A DNA stretch of 63,982 nt, counting the filler, from Sphacelaria rigidula (taxonomy: Eukaryota): assembly GCA_964200075.2 (NCBI GenBank). It is 3 parts of 3 records of this genome, joined end to end, with 100 filler letters (N's around TTAATTAATTAA, not from the genome) between each part and the next. Parts side by side here need not be neighbours in the genome. Positions count along the whole stretch, not along the records: positions 21,430 to 42,757 come from CAXNAA020000436.1; 2 more parts are not named here. One strand, given 5' to 3'. The notes under the pieces are model-generated. The model made no database searches, was not told the DNA's origin, and saw only the letters and a list, made by a program, of their open reading frames with translations. Within the stretch, counting starts at the first letter, position 1; each line of letters opens with the position of its first letter. The position numbers and the translations under genes are program-made. Below, piece by piece: positions 23,964 through 37,426 of this stretch.

Positions 23964-24582
23964 AAGTCACCAAGGTGTTAACATCTGCCTAGCCCTCTTT
24001 TAGGGCGTATAGGGCGTATAATGACGCAAAAGGGCCAAAAATGCAGTTTCCATCGAGCTTTTCTTTTTTCAACATGAGAAGTGGCCTTATCACTTGACAT
24101 TTAATACGGGATCCCGGAGAATGGAAACGATATTTTTCTATGGGAACAAAGCCACGTCGAGATTGCAGAAAAAGTTGGCGAATAGTGTCGGTCGCAGGAA
24201 AAATACCGGTCACAGGTACCTTCCGCACCCACTGCAGGTGCAATGATTTAGGTCAGAAGCAGGCTTGATATTTTCTATTCATCATGTGCCGCACACGCCC
24301 TAGCATTTTTATTGCATTGTTACGAGGTATAGGTGTAGATGTAACACAACCCGACATCACGAGACTGGAAGGGGCACCAAACTGAGTTTTTGAGGGACCA
24401 AGCAGACCAAACGCGTCTCATCCGCGATGAGTGTACAGGACGATGGAAACGTTTTTCACTAGGGTGGATGGTTGTTGAACAAACACGCGCAAGCGGACAC
24501 AGCTATCTCGATCGTGGCGATCCGCGTAGAAGCTGCTTGTTCCAGTGAAACACAAACACGAGCACCCGACCGCCCATACTCA

Positions 24583-24606
24583 CAGCAGCAGCAGCAGCAG
24601 CAGCAG
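24583..24606 (+). repeat. (CAG)8 microsatellite
   Basis: Seen directly. Confidence 0.9.
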
Positions 24607-24832
24607 TATAGTGCAGTGTACACAGCACATTATCAAACAGTGCGTCCACGCTTACCGCCTGTCTGTATCGATTGATCGGGGTAGGTGTTTTATCAAGTAC
24701 ATACATTTTCAAATAAATATATCCTCGCCGAGATGTGAGAGAACGGTTTATTCTCCTACTGTACTATTGGGGGGTGAAGAATATGATGCGTCGCCCCGGG
24801 ACAGCGGGTACATAGTCCCCCCCCATTCATGC

Positions 24833-24977
24833 TCCGTCTCGAAAGGGATGCGTGGTCAATGGTCAAACGACTAAGGCAAGCAACAAATTAGTACGGCGCG
24901 CGCCCCACGCTTGGGCCGCGTCGAGAGGGAGGCGTGGTGTCTGGTCACAAACCAAAGGCACAAAAAAAATTAGTACG
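24833..24977 (+). mobile_element. Very short family Y LINE 3' end (apparent dimer) with a TSD
   Basis: TCCGTCTCGAAAGGGATGCGTGGTCAATGGTCAAACGACTAAGGCAAGCAACAAATTAGTACG plus a noisy second copy. Flanked on both sides by C8ATTCATGC (24817-24832, 24982-24997). Confidence 0.75.
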
Positions 24978-24989
24978 CCCCCCCCCCCC

Positions 24990-25560
24990 ATTCATGCAGC
25001 ATAAATCGCATGGGCATGCTTTTCATCTGTGATTCATGCGAAATGAACCTCCCAGTCATACGGCATGAATCATAGGCACATATCTCTCCCCCTTCATGCA
25101 TGCAGCATGAATCCACATGGACATGTTTTCCACCTGTGATTCATGCGAGATAAATCATCGGCACATGCTTCCCATCTGCCATTCGTATGGCGTGAATCAT
25201 GGGCACGTGCTTCTTGGTTTTCTACCATGCAGCATGGATTGTATTTTATCCGAGTATTCAAAAGTACTTACCCTACCCGACGTGCCCTTGGAAAGCTTCT
25301 CCTCGCTCCTAGTGAGAGCCCTTTCGAATGTACGAAAGGAGATACGTATGGCTTTAGAGACGGAAACGACAGTGCGCGACAAGGAAGGCGAGGGGAACTT
25401 TCAACAGAGAAATAATATCCTCATGTACATGTTTTCTACCTGTAATTCACGCGAAATTGATCAAACGTACATATTTCCCACTTTCCATTCACACGGCATG
25501 AATCATATGAACATGTTTCTCCTCTGTCATTCATACGCATGGATCAAGCGTGCAAGTTTT
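24990..25560 (+). repeat. CATG-rich minisatellite, interrupted
   Basis: ~41 bp units such as TTCATGCAGCATGAATC...CATGTTTTCCACCTGTGA. Confidence 0.7.
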
Positions 25561-26459
25561 CATCCACGATTTGTGAGGGGCGACTCGATGTGACTTTTTT
25601 TTGCTTTTTCTCCACCAATGATCAGGAACTGTGATTCGCACACCTTCTTTGTACTCTTCATTCGTGTGACACTGCTTAGAATGTAGACATTCCCATTCGT
25701 GTTTCGTGCGGTACGGCGTTGGACGTACAACCTTACCATCCGTTATTCATAGCGGATGACTCTTTGACACATGATGCGCACTCAACATTCATTTGAGTCA
25801 ACTCGTATGAACTCTGATTCGCCCAAAGCGTGCAAACTTTGTTTTTGGGAATGTGGTAAGTGTAGTAGTCATCTATGTTCATGGTTGAGCATGCAGGTTG
25901 TGAGTTTTGGGGCGTCGTCTGTCTGCGACAAAGACTCTTACAGCAGCGCGCCCGTCGGTTACGGCTTGTAAAACCTTCGTGCATCCCGTACCACATGCGA
26001 TGCTGGCACGGTCACCGCTCGTAGTGGTCTTCACCCACCCAATGTATGAATGTACTGTACCGTACACTGGTACTGTACTCACGATGACCCAGATATGTAT
26101 GTGGGTGGCAGCGGCCCGGGGGGGCCAGATCCTCGCGTTTCTTTGTATCTGCTGTATCTTTCATGAAAACAACTATTCCGAAGCCCCCGAAATACTCAGG
26201 GCGGACAAGAGGCCACCTGCACAACTGGGCGCTATATTTACCCGTTTTTAGCGCCCGCGGCTGAAATTCCCCTGGAGAATGGCGATATGGGTAGACGAGG
26301 AAGATCATAGCAGGACGCTAGGGCGCTCGAACGATTTCGCGGGGTATTGCTTTACTCCTAGGATCGCAGCAGCCTAACATGGCTGAGCAGCCAAGCTCGG
26401 GTTTTGTTGCAGTCTACCTTTTGCTTGTGCTGCGCTTGTAGCGATTAGGATGGCTGAAC

Positions 26460-26835
26460 TGTGTGTGTGTGTGTGTTTTCATCCCATCTGTTCTGGACGC
26501 CAGTCTATACCTTTCGGTGTAAATAGGCGCATCAGCCGGGGTCACACAGGACGCAGGTCAACACAGGAGTTTTTATTTTTATTTTTGTCCTATTAATGGT
26601 ACTCCACCTTCCTTCTTCGGTGCTTGCCTTGTTTCTTATCGCGTGAGGGGTTCAGCGATCCCTTTCCCTCGTCGACCATGAAGTCGAACTTTGTTTACCC
26701 ACGACAACGCCGCTCTCCACTGTTGGGGAAAGTGTGAGAAAAAATCCCAGATCGCATGACTTCCCGAGATTCGAACCCACGTTCCAACCGTCAGAAGGTG
26801 TCGAGGTTACCACCTGAGCCACCGGGGCGACCGGC
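26460..26835 (-). mobile_element. tRNA-derived SINE, copy 2
   Basis: A box GGTGGCTCAGGTGG, B box GGTTCGAATC, (CA)n tail. Confidence 0.9.
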
Positions 26836-26860
26836 TCTGCACGTTTTCGTATCCCACTAG

Positions 26861-27119
26861 CGTTGCCGTCGACGCTTACAACAGCAGAGATGCAGACACG
26901 ATTGCAGAGCAGCTGCTGGTGGTACACGAACCTCACCCGGAGGGCACGAGCTACGTGCGTGACAACGGCCTGGCGGACCCGGACCCCTTGTTGTCTGCAC
27001 CTAGGCGTTGTCTCTCTTGCCAAAACGACAATTCCAAAATCCCGGCGGGGAAAAAAAAGCGGCCTGCCGACGCTTGGGCGCTTAAGGGGTTCACGGGACC
27101 GAAAAAATCATCTAAGTAA
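26861..27119 (+). CDS. Candidate terminal exon of an unknown gene
   Basis: Acceptor ...ttttcgtatcccactag, then open frame VAVDAYNSRDADTIAEQLLVVHEPHPEG...KKKRPADAWALKGFTGPKKSSK*. Confidence 0.35.
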
Positions 27120-30100
27120 ATCATGTGGCGATTTATACCCTGTGACTGGTAGCTGCTACCTTGTGATTGGTTGTAGCTGGTAGCTGATCGGCTTGGGTTA
27201 TGTTGGAGAAAAGCACTTCACTGAAAATGCACACCCCTGTATTTTTCCATCATGTTGTGAGATAAAAACACACGTCCGACAGAACAGAACATTTTCTGCG
27301 TGTTTCAGGTATTTGTTATTGAATACGCCTGTTCCTATCCAAATCAATCATCTGACAACGTTTCAAGAAATTGGTTTAAACCGAATGCAACATCTGACAA
27401 CGATTGAGAAATATTCCACAACGTTTTGGGAAGCCGTTCCGTCCACAATTTGTTCTGCTCGGCAACTGATGATAGAACAGAGCTGCCATATGTCCATACC
27501 TCTACGAGAAGGATTTGCCCAGAGCAACGCACTCATGCTGATCCTGAGGATGCGTATGATAGAGATACATATGCACTTACATTTATATCGGACGTTTCGT
27601 GTACATATAACATTATAACATACACTCTCAGATATGTGGATCTCTGCCGGCCGAACGTCAATTTTGTGCCTGACTCAATGTACTCATGCCAAAAGGAGGT
27701 TTGTAACACTTGTTTAAACACACGTTGATAAGCCAGCGCTGGCAACCGTCCACTCGACCGAACCATGATACGGGACCAATTGACTGTCACGGGGGGTGCC
27801 CAGTGTGCTTCCCTGCTCCCCATGCTGTAGAACGGCGTAATTCTGTGCATAAAGTGATCGTTGAGGCGTCGAGTAAGTGTGTCCTGGGTGCCAACACGTC
27901 CTAGCACGTGCCAAGGTGTTGAAAATTCGAGCTTGGAATTGATGAAGTGATTGCTACTGATTGCTTTTTGTTTTCTGTCCGTGGAGCAAGAGGACATCAT
28001 TGCGTGTACATTGCTTCCATCACGTGGCTATATAGACACGCCTGGGGTTGCTCTACAGCCCAGGTCGTGCTCAGGCAGCGGTGTTATGATGATTTGGTCT
28101 ATCTTGGGTATGGTCGACATCACCAGTGAGCTACGTAACCCCCCCTGACCTTTTCCGCGAAATGGGGTTGTCTGGCGAACGTTTCTGAGGATTGCAGATA
28201 CGAGCCCCCGTGTCTCGACGTATATCATAGGGCGCCCGTCGTTTCCCTCGCCTTCCCATGCACAGCCAACGGATCGCACCCTGACAAGCACAACGACAAC
28301 GCGGATTTCCAGCAGCGGTGAGCTTCCCACACCCCTGGACAAAATATTCTATTGCCAGAAAATGTACTGCGATACTGTGCGCAGTACACTTTTTGACTGT
28401 GTATTCTATTGTCCAGGGTATGGAGCTTTCCATACCCCCCCGACAAATCCATGCTGCCCAAGCGACAATCCGAGTCCTGTGGTGCCTTGAAGCAGATGCA
28501 CGTCCATTTGGTGGCGGTAGCTTGTGTGCTGAGCTGGTATCTATTTCCGTTTTGTACTGCTGAACTATACTCCGTAAACTCCAAGAAAAACAGTGTGCGT
28601 AGCCATGTGCACTTTTTCCCCTCTTCAATAGTTACCCTGTGCGCTCGCTGCTGCTGTGTGAGAGTACCGACTGCAAGGCTTCAGGCGCTTCCGTATGTTC
28701 CAGTATAGAACATAAAAGCGGAGTGAAGGCAGTTCTACAGCACAACAAATAGTGCAGTATTGTACTATATGTAAGAGATCATACGCATGTCGAACTGAAT
28801 GTACTCCTGTATGACGAGTGATTTTGACAGCCCGTGCTAATGCTACCCTACCCTGCTGTTATTAGTAGCACACACTTGTTGTAGCCTGTTCACAATTTCA
28901 TTTTTAGTCGTGTCGGGACGCATGGCTGGCACCTACAGACCCTCACGCTCGTCGCCTGACACCTTCAGAGGTAGCCACAGTCCACCGCGGTTCATGACAC
29001 TGTTATCCAGTGGCGTTGGTAGAATACTGAAGGAGCAGCAGTCATCGGCATGAAAGTTTGTCACAAGTTTTTTTTCAGGGCAAGTCGGTTTGAAGTGACG
29101 CGTTTCTCCCAAAGTACACAAATCTTTTTCAGACAGTGACCGATGGGCACAAAACCAAGCGCATACTCAACAAGTTGATTTAGAACTACGGTCTGGGTTA
29201 TTAGGCGTGATATCAGACGCAGTTTATGTCGTGATCACCGTGTGAACACAGTGAGATGCGGGGTGCTTTTCGTCGTTGGTTGGTGATGTCCGCCGCATTT
29301 TCTCGTCGTGCGCTTGCAAATTCGCTGGGACACAAGCCGCGCAAACAAGCAGAAATGCTCTGAACCAACTTAGCTTCCATGTTTTGTTGGGCCCAATATT
29401 TTTTGTACGACGCGCCCTGAACTTCTGGTAGGGGCCGCCGGAGGGCAGAAATTTTGAGGTTGACACTTCATTTTGCGTCGTTTTACTCTTCATTTTCGGC
29501 GCGCCGACGCTTTTGGAAAACGTGGATTTCAACGCGAGGAGTGGGTCTAGATGTCAACACTGAAGCACCCAACACGTACTGTCATGTTGATCATCAAGTG
29601 AGTACTTGGAAATTGTGTTATCAGTGGACGTGGTACATTCATATCGCAAATGTGGCACACACGGGTACTCGACACATACACACTCGACGTCAGCTCCTTA
29701 GCATCTCCACATGAACAGTCTTCCTCTTGGTCCATAGTGTCGAGACCCGCGATCGACAGCGCCCCCGACACACGAACAGCGAACAGGGACGCACAACACC
29801 CCGCTTCCCTGGGACCTTGTTCGCCCCCAGGAAATACCACAGTACTTGATCCATAACTGCACAGATGGCAGTAGCACTTCCTGTAGATATTTCAATAAAT
29901 GATGCTGTCACCCAAGGAAGAAATTTCGGGGGTGGCAACCGTGTTCTTTTTGTTTTTTTGCGTATCTTCAACATTTGACCCGCCGTCCGGTGGCGTCAGA
30001 CGGTCATTTTTGCGCCCAATGAGCAACCCCAATTTCCGATATATTCGGTGGCGTTCAAAGTCAACTCGACGGCGGGCGGACGCGCTGGCACTGTTCACCT

Positions 30101-33100
30101 TGCTGTGTACACGATTGCCTAGTCAGCAATGTACCAATAATGACGAGTACACAGGCGCTGTTACTTCCCTCGCGTTGCTTCACCCAAAGAGAGGTATCTA
30201 GACTACCGCTGAATCAAACCCGGAAGTCATCATTATTGGCTTTCGCGTCGTCCTAGAATCCTTGTGTCTCAGTATCCAAGTCGCTGCAGTCGGACTCGCA
30301 ATCTCTGATAAGGCGTGCAACGTCCCAACTTTCCTCTAGGATCTCGTGGCATACGTCGGCGGTTGCGGCGAACGCTTACCTGTTCCCGCAATCGCGGCAG
30401 CTGCATACACAAGTATCTCCTCGGCCCGTACGATTTTGAACCAGCAGTAGTGCTGCCGCCGGATGCCAACCCCGCTGTCCCACCTACTCTTCCGTCAGAT
30501 GACAACTATTCGTCGCTATCTACCACGCCTGACCCTCCACCCAGCGCCACACCTGGACCACGTGAATCGGAGCCCACAACCCTCCGCCGCCGTCCTCTCT
30601 TTCGCCAAGCTCTCCATACCTACCTAACTTACTCTTCCTTGCTTTGCCTTGCTCTGCTTTGCCTTGCTCTAACTTCCGTCTCGATGACTTGAATTCCAAT
30701 GACTCCATCTCCAATGTGGTCAGCGATGTGGCGGGTGGATCGTGTGTGTGAGAAAATGTCCCAGGGGAAAGACAGTTCCCATCATGTCTGCGGAGTAATC
30801 CTCAGGACGTTCTCTTGTCACGTTTCGTTGTTTAGAAGCTGCTTCAATGTCAGTCTTCGTAATGGCCCCAGCTGTCATCGTGAGCAAGCGTTTGTCCTCA
30901 ATCAATTCTTCTCTTTCGCACGGTTGAGCGCGGGAACAAGGGGCGGATCTTTGTCCAATTTAGCGTTGAGGTAGGCGATTTTGGCCGTTGGCTACTGTAT
31001 CCTTTCACGGAAGGCGCCAAACATGAGGTATAACGCGAGGATGGTCTCTGGCGAGACGGGCAACCGCACTAGACGCGTGAATTGTTGCCGTCCGTCCGTT
31101 TGACCCACGCTCATCCCGCTCATAGTTTCCAGCATGGCGACCGCCGCGCCGATTCCACGTTCGTCTCAAGAATCCCCGTCGCTTGCTCTCCTGTAACGGG
31201 CGAGCACGACTCGGGCTTCTCCTCGTTTTATCCTCTGTCAGCCATGCCTGCGAGTCTGCCAAGCTTTCAGGCTGGCCCGCGTCAACTCTGGCGGCTACTC
31301 TCTTCCGCGCAGTCCCAACAAACTCTGGCGTAGCAGGTGTAGGGTCGGGTGTGACACCTATCCTGGCTTGAGTAGAAAATGGCGGTTTCCGTGGGTCATT
31401 CAGTCGCCTGTAGTATGTTTGATATCATGAGCAGCATAGCGCCATATCTGGGGTCAAGCGTATGCACTTCCTTGCGTCGCCGCATCCCCGAGAGCCACCC
31501 GCATCTCTTCGTGTGCAAATAACTCTCTATTTCATTATCGTGTTTGGCGCTGATGGTCTTGCACGGCCTCTGCAGAGAGCAATTGTGCACTCCACATCGC
31601 TTAGATTCTTGCCTACCGCGTTGAATTTGGTGCGTGTGCAATAATGTCATGAAATATTCTCCTCTAGTGCGCCGACATCCTGAAAGAGACGCACGTTCCC
31701 TCACAAGTGCGAGCGAGCATCGGCTACCATCGTCTCCATATGAGACCGCCAACTGCTGTGCTGCGGCGACTCTCTCCGGATCAACATGACACTACCCACC
31801 GACGCTTGAACCCGGCCGATGACAGACACTGCAAAACCGGATATTCGAGTTGTCCTGGTCGCTGCATGAGCAATAGTACTGCACCCCGTCAACAAGAGTG
31901 AAGGTGACATCCATCTCGCTGCTGCAGAGTACCTGCTTACCCCCTCTCTTGCGGCTTTTTTCGATGGACTCCACTGCCGCCGAGTCGGTGTCTTACAGCG
32001 TTGCTGGGTTCCTTTTATCGTCGACAGGCTGTGTGTCACTCCTCTTGACCTCCCATTTCGAACTTGATGCGAAGACTCTCGAAAGTGTCGGCTTCGAGGA
32101 TTTCGCCGGAGCCGATCACTAATATCGGTGTCCCACAGGCGTTGACACCTTTCCCGCTGGGTGTGCAGGTGACTATTCCCGAGCAACGTCTTGAGAAGTT
32201 GGTGTCTAGACGACTCCAGGTGATTGTGAATTTTCGGTTCATCATTCTTCTTCCGATTCCTGCTCGTGCATGTTCGCGATTGCCGCTCCGTGGATGCACA
32301 ACGGGAAGATTGCGGGCGATCCTTCCGTGTATTTCTTCCGTCTCAACGTTGATACGAGGGACTTTTCGCAGGAAATCTCCCTGCGGAGTCCGGCGGGGCC
32401 CAGTTTTTTTGCGCGGCTTCCCGTGGGATTCGAAAACCTCGCTGGGGAAGCATTTTGCGCATCAAGCACCCCACCTAAGGAGGCGGTGGCAGCTGCCTTG
32501 ACAAAGGCGACGCCAGCATTCACATGACCCCCGCTGGATACGGACGATTGACTCCCTTGATGTTCCTTGTCAGGTACTTTGGTCATCAAGATGGGCCCCA
32601 GCGATCCCCCGCAAGTCCGGCAGTTGTCCTTCAGATCTCATGCCGGCCGACCCCGACGCACACAAAAAATCGCTCATGGCATGCTCGCCACCAGACGCCA
32701 CGGGCTGTTTCATTGGCGTTGATGCACATTCGAAACGGTATATTCGACAACACGTGTGTGCGAAGGAGAACACAAGATTTTGGGGAAACGAGAATCATTT
32801 CGCCATGATCCTGACCACATTATATTTCGCCGGGTGCCAAGTTTATCGTTTTAATGTTCGTGATATCCTGACCTTCTCCCACGCGCCACCGGCGAGCATA
32901 CTGCACGGAGAGTACTAACTTGGCCACACCTTATGCATCGTTGATGGCGCAGAGTGTTCGCACGCCGCGATTGATTTGGATTAAAGTAGCATGATACCTC
33001 AGCACCAGGGGAGAGGTTGATTGATGCTTGGAGACCGCGGACTCGTTTCGCTGAAGGGAAGGGGTTTGTCATGTGACAAGGGAAAGATACTTGGGTGATC

Positions 33101-36100
33101 CTCAGGGCCTGAGGGTTGGGAATACGGCGGAAGAGACGGGGCGCGTTACAAGCTCTTGATGACAACGCTCTGCCGCTTTGTAACTGGCGTACGTGGGGTC
33201 CGTATATGTCAGTTACGGGGGTGAATGGAGGCCTTACCGACCAAAAATCCGTTTCCCACAAAAAATAAAACGAATGCGGATGGATATTGAAGACGTATTA
33301 AAGACGTCATAGGCTGGTGGGGCCTGTGCCGAACCTCTGCCGAACCTCTGCCGAAAATGACACACGCTCCATCCCAAGTTACCTAGGTTTAGTATGTGAC
33401 ATATGTAATTGTTTTCATCGCAATTATCTCGAGACAGGAAGCATAGCGGCATCTGGAACTTCACAGCCCCCCGCACACACACTAGACCTATTCAGCACCG
33501 CAAGCGGATTTGCTCCATTCGCCACAGGGGATCCGAAAAGCCCCAGAACGTTGCAGGAAATGCGTTTTTCATAACATTTTGTGTTCTGTGCAGCGGTTTG
33601 CAAAGTGCAGCAGACCCCGCGGCACGCGTACGGAAACCTGTCGCCACACTGAATAGTTCCGGTGTATGGGAAGCGCACGGATCAAACCGCAGTCCAATCG
33701 TCTGCCTCGTTGCTGAGAAAATAGAGTTGAAAGATAAGCACAACAGCATACTGCAACAAGAGGGGCACAACAACAACACGAGCAGCAGCTTCTATCCTCC
33801 TGTTGTTGTAACCCTGTGTTCAGGTGTACAGCAACGTCAGTCACAGGTGTGTTGCAGAATGTACTATATAGTACACTTTGTATGAGCGCTGTCGTCATTG
33901 CGAGTGACGCGTGTACTTGTGATTGATACTGATTGGCTCGTTTAGGTTTCATTTCTTCTGCATTCAACTGACTGTGACGTTGGTCGGTCCATTTTCCAGG
34001 TATATAGTGCCCAAAATCGGGCCCCAATCATCCCCATAACAGTGTAACGGTAAAGTACAGCTCAGTTCACTAGAGAAGCTCACGAGCTACTCGAGGGTGT
34101 AGGTACTGCGTTGCACGCCCGAATAGCTCAATTTCAAACCTCTCCTGACTTCAAACGAGTGAGTCGTTTCGTTGGCTACTTTGATGGAGTACCGCTAATA
34201 TTTTTGCAGTATAAAGAGCATGACCCATTGGTTGATTGTTTATTTGATTGTCGCACATCAACATCAACTGATCCCCGAGGGACCCAGCCGTGGTCATTAT
34301 CCATACGATAGACGCACCCAAGGCAAACAATAACGGACACGCTCGCTGATGGAAAGTGAAGAAAGCGGGAAGACAAAACAAAATTGAGCAGGATATATAT
34401 ATATATATATATATAGCAATGTCTGGCCTCTGCATCATGGCTTCAGGTGGAGCAGGTCTTGCGCAAAAATTACACGCGCTCCTACCCACACGAAAACAAG
34501 AAAGCCGTGGGAACAGAAGGCGGTCCAGCTATTCTGACCACACTATTTTGGGCATGGTTTCTCACCGATGAACCCTACGAAAGCGAGGCACCAAACTGCG
34601 ACTTGCATATAGCGGAAGGAGAGAAGCACAGAGCCAGAGAGAGAGACGGGGAGAAAGAGAGAACGAAGAAAAATAAACTACGGAAGCGATGTAGCTCAAG
34701 GACAGATACACTAGAGCAGGTACAAACGCGCAACCAGGCAACTCCACAAGACCACGAGCCAAGGACAAAGTCAACAACGGGTAGAAGAAGACAGGAGTTA
34801 AATCATTTTCGTGTCAACCCAGCTTTCGCCACTCATCCCTAGTCGGATCTAACGCGGGGCATTCTCTAAGCTATTTCCACCCTGGGTTCCTTGCGAGCTG
34901 TTGCTGTTGTTGTGTAAGCGATGGCAGCTACCCGATTGGCGGCTCTCGACGCAGCAGCCTCTCGTTTGTGGCGAAAGTCCGATGCGCGACTTTCTTTGTG
35001 TCGCCACGTCTCATCAACGTTCCGTCTCTTCTTCCACTTGAAGACGCCATGTGCCCATGTTTTCGCCGCAAAACCATACGCCGTGAAAATCCATTTTGTG
35101 TTCTAGACCGCGGTGTGGCGCAAGCGCAGTAGGCCCTCGTAACACCGTAACGCCGGTTGGGACGCGGGAGGATGATACGCACCGTAGTGTAGAAGACACG
35201 CTCTTTTTTCTCGTCATGGTCTGCGAAACGTTCGTCCAACGTTGGAACCGTTTTCGTATTTCACCTAGATGATGCATTTCACCCCCTTCGATTTTCCTTG
35301 TACCGTCTGGGTCATGCTGTGAGGTTCGCTGACACACCTAAATTGAGTGAAGACGCGGGTCCGTGGTGGGTCATGTTCGTGGTCATCTAGCATTTCAGTC
35401 GAGGCATGTTTTTGGTGCATAAAGAATACCAGCTCAGGCGCGTCGCTGTTTTGATAAACGACTGGCAGGGATATGTACACACCACCCACCCTCCAAGAAA
35501 TCTATGGCAAGGTGATCTGTAGACCGGTTCGAGTCCCAAGGTCATAACGAGCGTATATTCACCGTTTTAAGTGACGTTTTGCAATCTCACAGGTGCTTCC
35601 GCAGGTGTGATTTCATGTTGGATGATATTCTACGAAAGCTTTTGCTTTGCATCTCACGGTCAGCACGTCACACCATCAGCACGCTCCGCCTAAACATCTA
35701 GATGAGCTGTATTTTGGAGCAAACCAATTCTCATCGAAAACGCCCAGGATTTATTCCAAATGAAGGATCGTACGGTCGGACATCGGTGGAATGCCAATAA
35801 AACCAGACACAAGACATCGCCCACTTCATGCAAACTTACCCCATCGGATTTGGATACCGCGTCAGAACTCCATCAACATGATTGTTTGCTATCAAAGTCT
35901 CGGCAAGTGTGGTACTAGCATACCGATCCGTTGACGCCTTGCAGTCTTTCGCTCCAGCGCTGACAAGTCGTGGGGGGAAGTGGAGTTCGGTAGCCTGGAA
36001 ATCCCACTTTTCAGTCAGTACCTGGTATCGTTCCCAACAACCTGCTGCGTAAGACCTGGAGCGAAATGGATAGCTAATGTCATGCCTTTCCAGGGATGGC

Positions 36101-37426
36101 ATTAGTTTTTGTCGCCATGGCATGTCTAACGAGCAGCTATGATCAAGCAGCCCAGTGAGTAAGTGTTAGAGGTGATACCAACTTTCACCGCCGGCACTTC
36201 GCACACCCTCCTCTTTTGCCAGGCGCTATGCGGTGCAGTTAATCACGGAAGCACACACGCGAGAGCACCACCGGTACACCGAATTTGAAATCAACCCTCA
36301 CACCACCACGGAAAAGCTGTCAAGCTATTTTACTCGTTCATGTGGCAGTTTGAGGTGAAGCACGCGATCATGGGTTGAGTACCAACTGGCTCGTGTGAAT
36401 GGACTCATGGATGTTCAGCGCCTACGAAGCCCAACAGCCGACAGTGATGAACAGTCGAACACAATGCAATATTTTGGGGTCTCCATCTGTAAGCGGGTCG
36501 CTGTAGCTCCTGCAGTATCGTACTCCGTTAAGCACACTCCTGCTGCGTATACAACCGAAGAAGGACTGCTGCGCCGTATTCAATTATTTTACTGTACTCT
36601 TCCGATTCACAACCAGTCTGTCAGCGTTCTAGACCCGAGAGTTTACCCCCGCGGGCTGATGTTGGAGCGTGTCCTGTATGCTGCCCACTGACTCCTTGTG
36701 CCTGCTATCCGTGGTCGGAATGTTGATTGCAGCTTGCCCCTGTACTGAGCAATTGCTCTAGCTAGTTTCCACGCTGCTGTCCCTGGATGCGCAAAGCGTG
36801 ACACACCAATCGTCCTGTCATCTAAAGGATTACGATTATAAATCGATTTGAAGCGTAAAGAGTACCATGACCTAAGCGCTCGAGGTTGACGTCGTTTAGC
36901 AGCAAATCGTCAATGTCCAAATACTTCGTTTCTACGAAGACGGTTGGTAAAGTATTTACACTGACTCGATTGTAGCGAAGCGGCTGCTCAGCGTGTATGA
37001 TGCTATATACTAAATATATACTGTGCGTGCTATCGACAAGAATTACGCCGCCCCCTATTTGTGCTTCTGAGTCGTGCTACGGTAGGGGTCCACGAAGCGT
37101 TTCTGGGCCGGCGTACTGGACTTACATAAAGAGTCTCGCGCACTCGCACGAGTGCAGTTTAGACGAGGCTGTGTCTGAACAGAAGATGATGATATGGCGA
37201 CCCTCTCGCAGGCAAACATCACAAACTGTTATAAATGTCACTGCTTTGTTTCACAACGTAAAGATATCTCAGACAAGTTTTAGCAAAAAAAGTCCACCGC
37301 TTCCATACCACGACTCTTCTGTGGTTTGCTGGAGATTAGTTGGGAGACGACACCGGAATTGTGATCTGGAATACGACGTTGCTCGACCCGTTCGTCCTGC
37401 CTCTCTGTTGTGCTCCTCACTCACAG

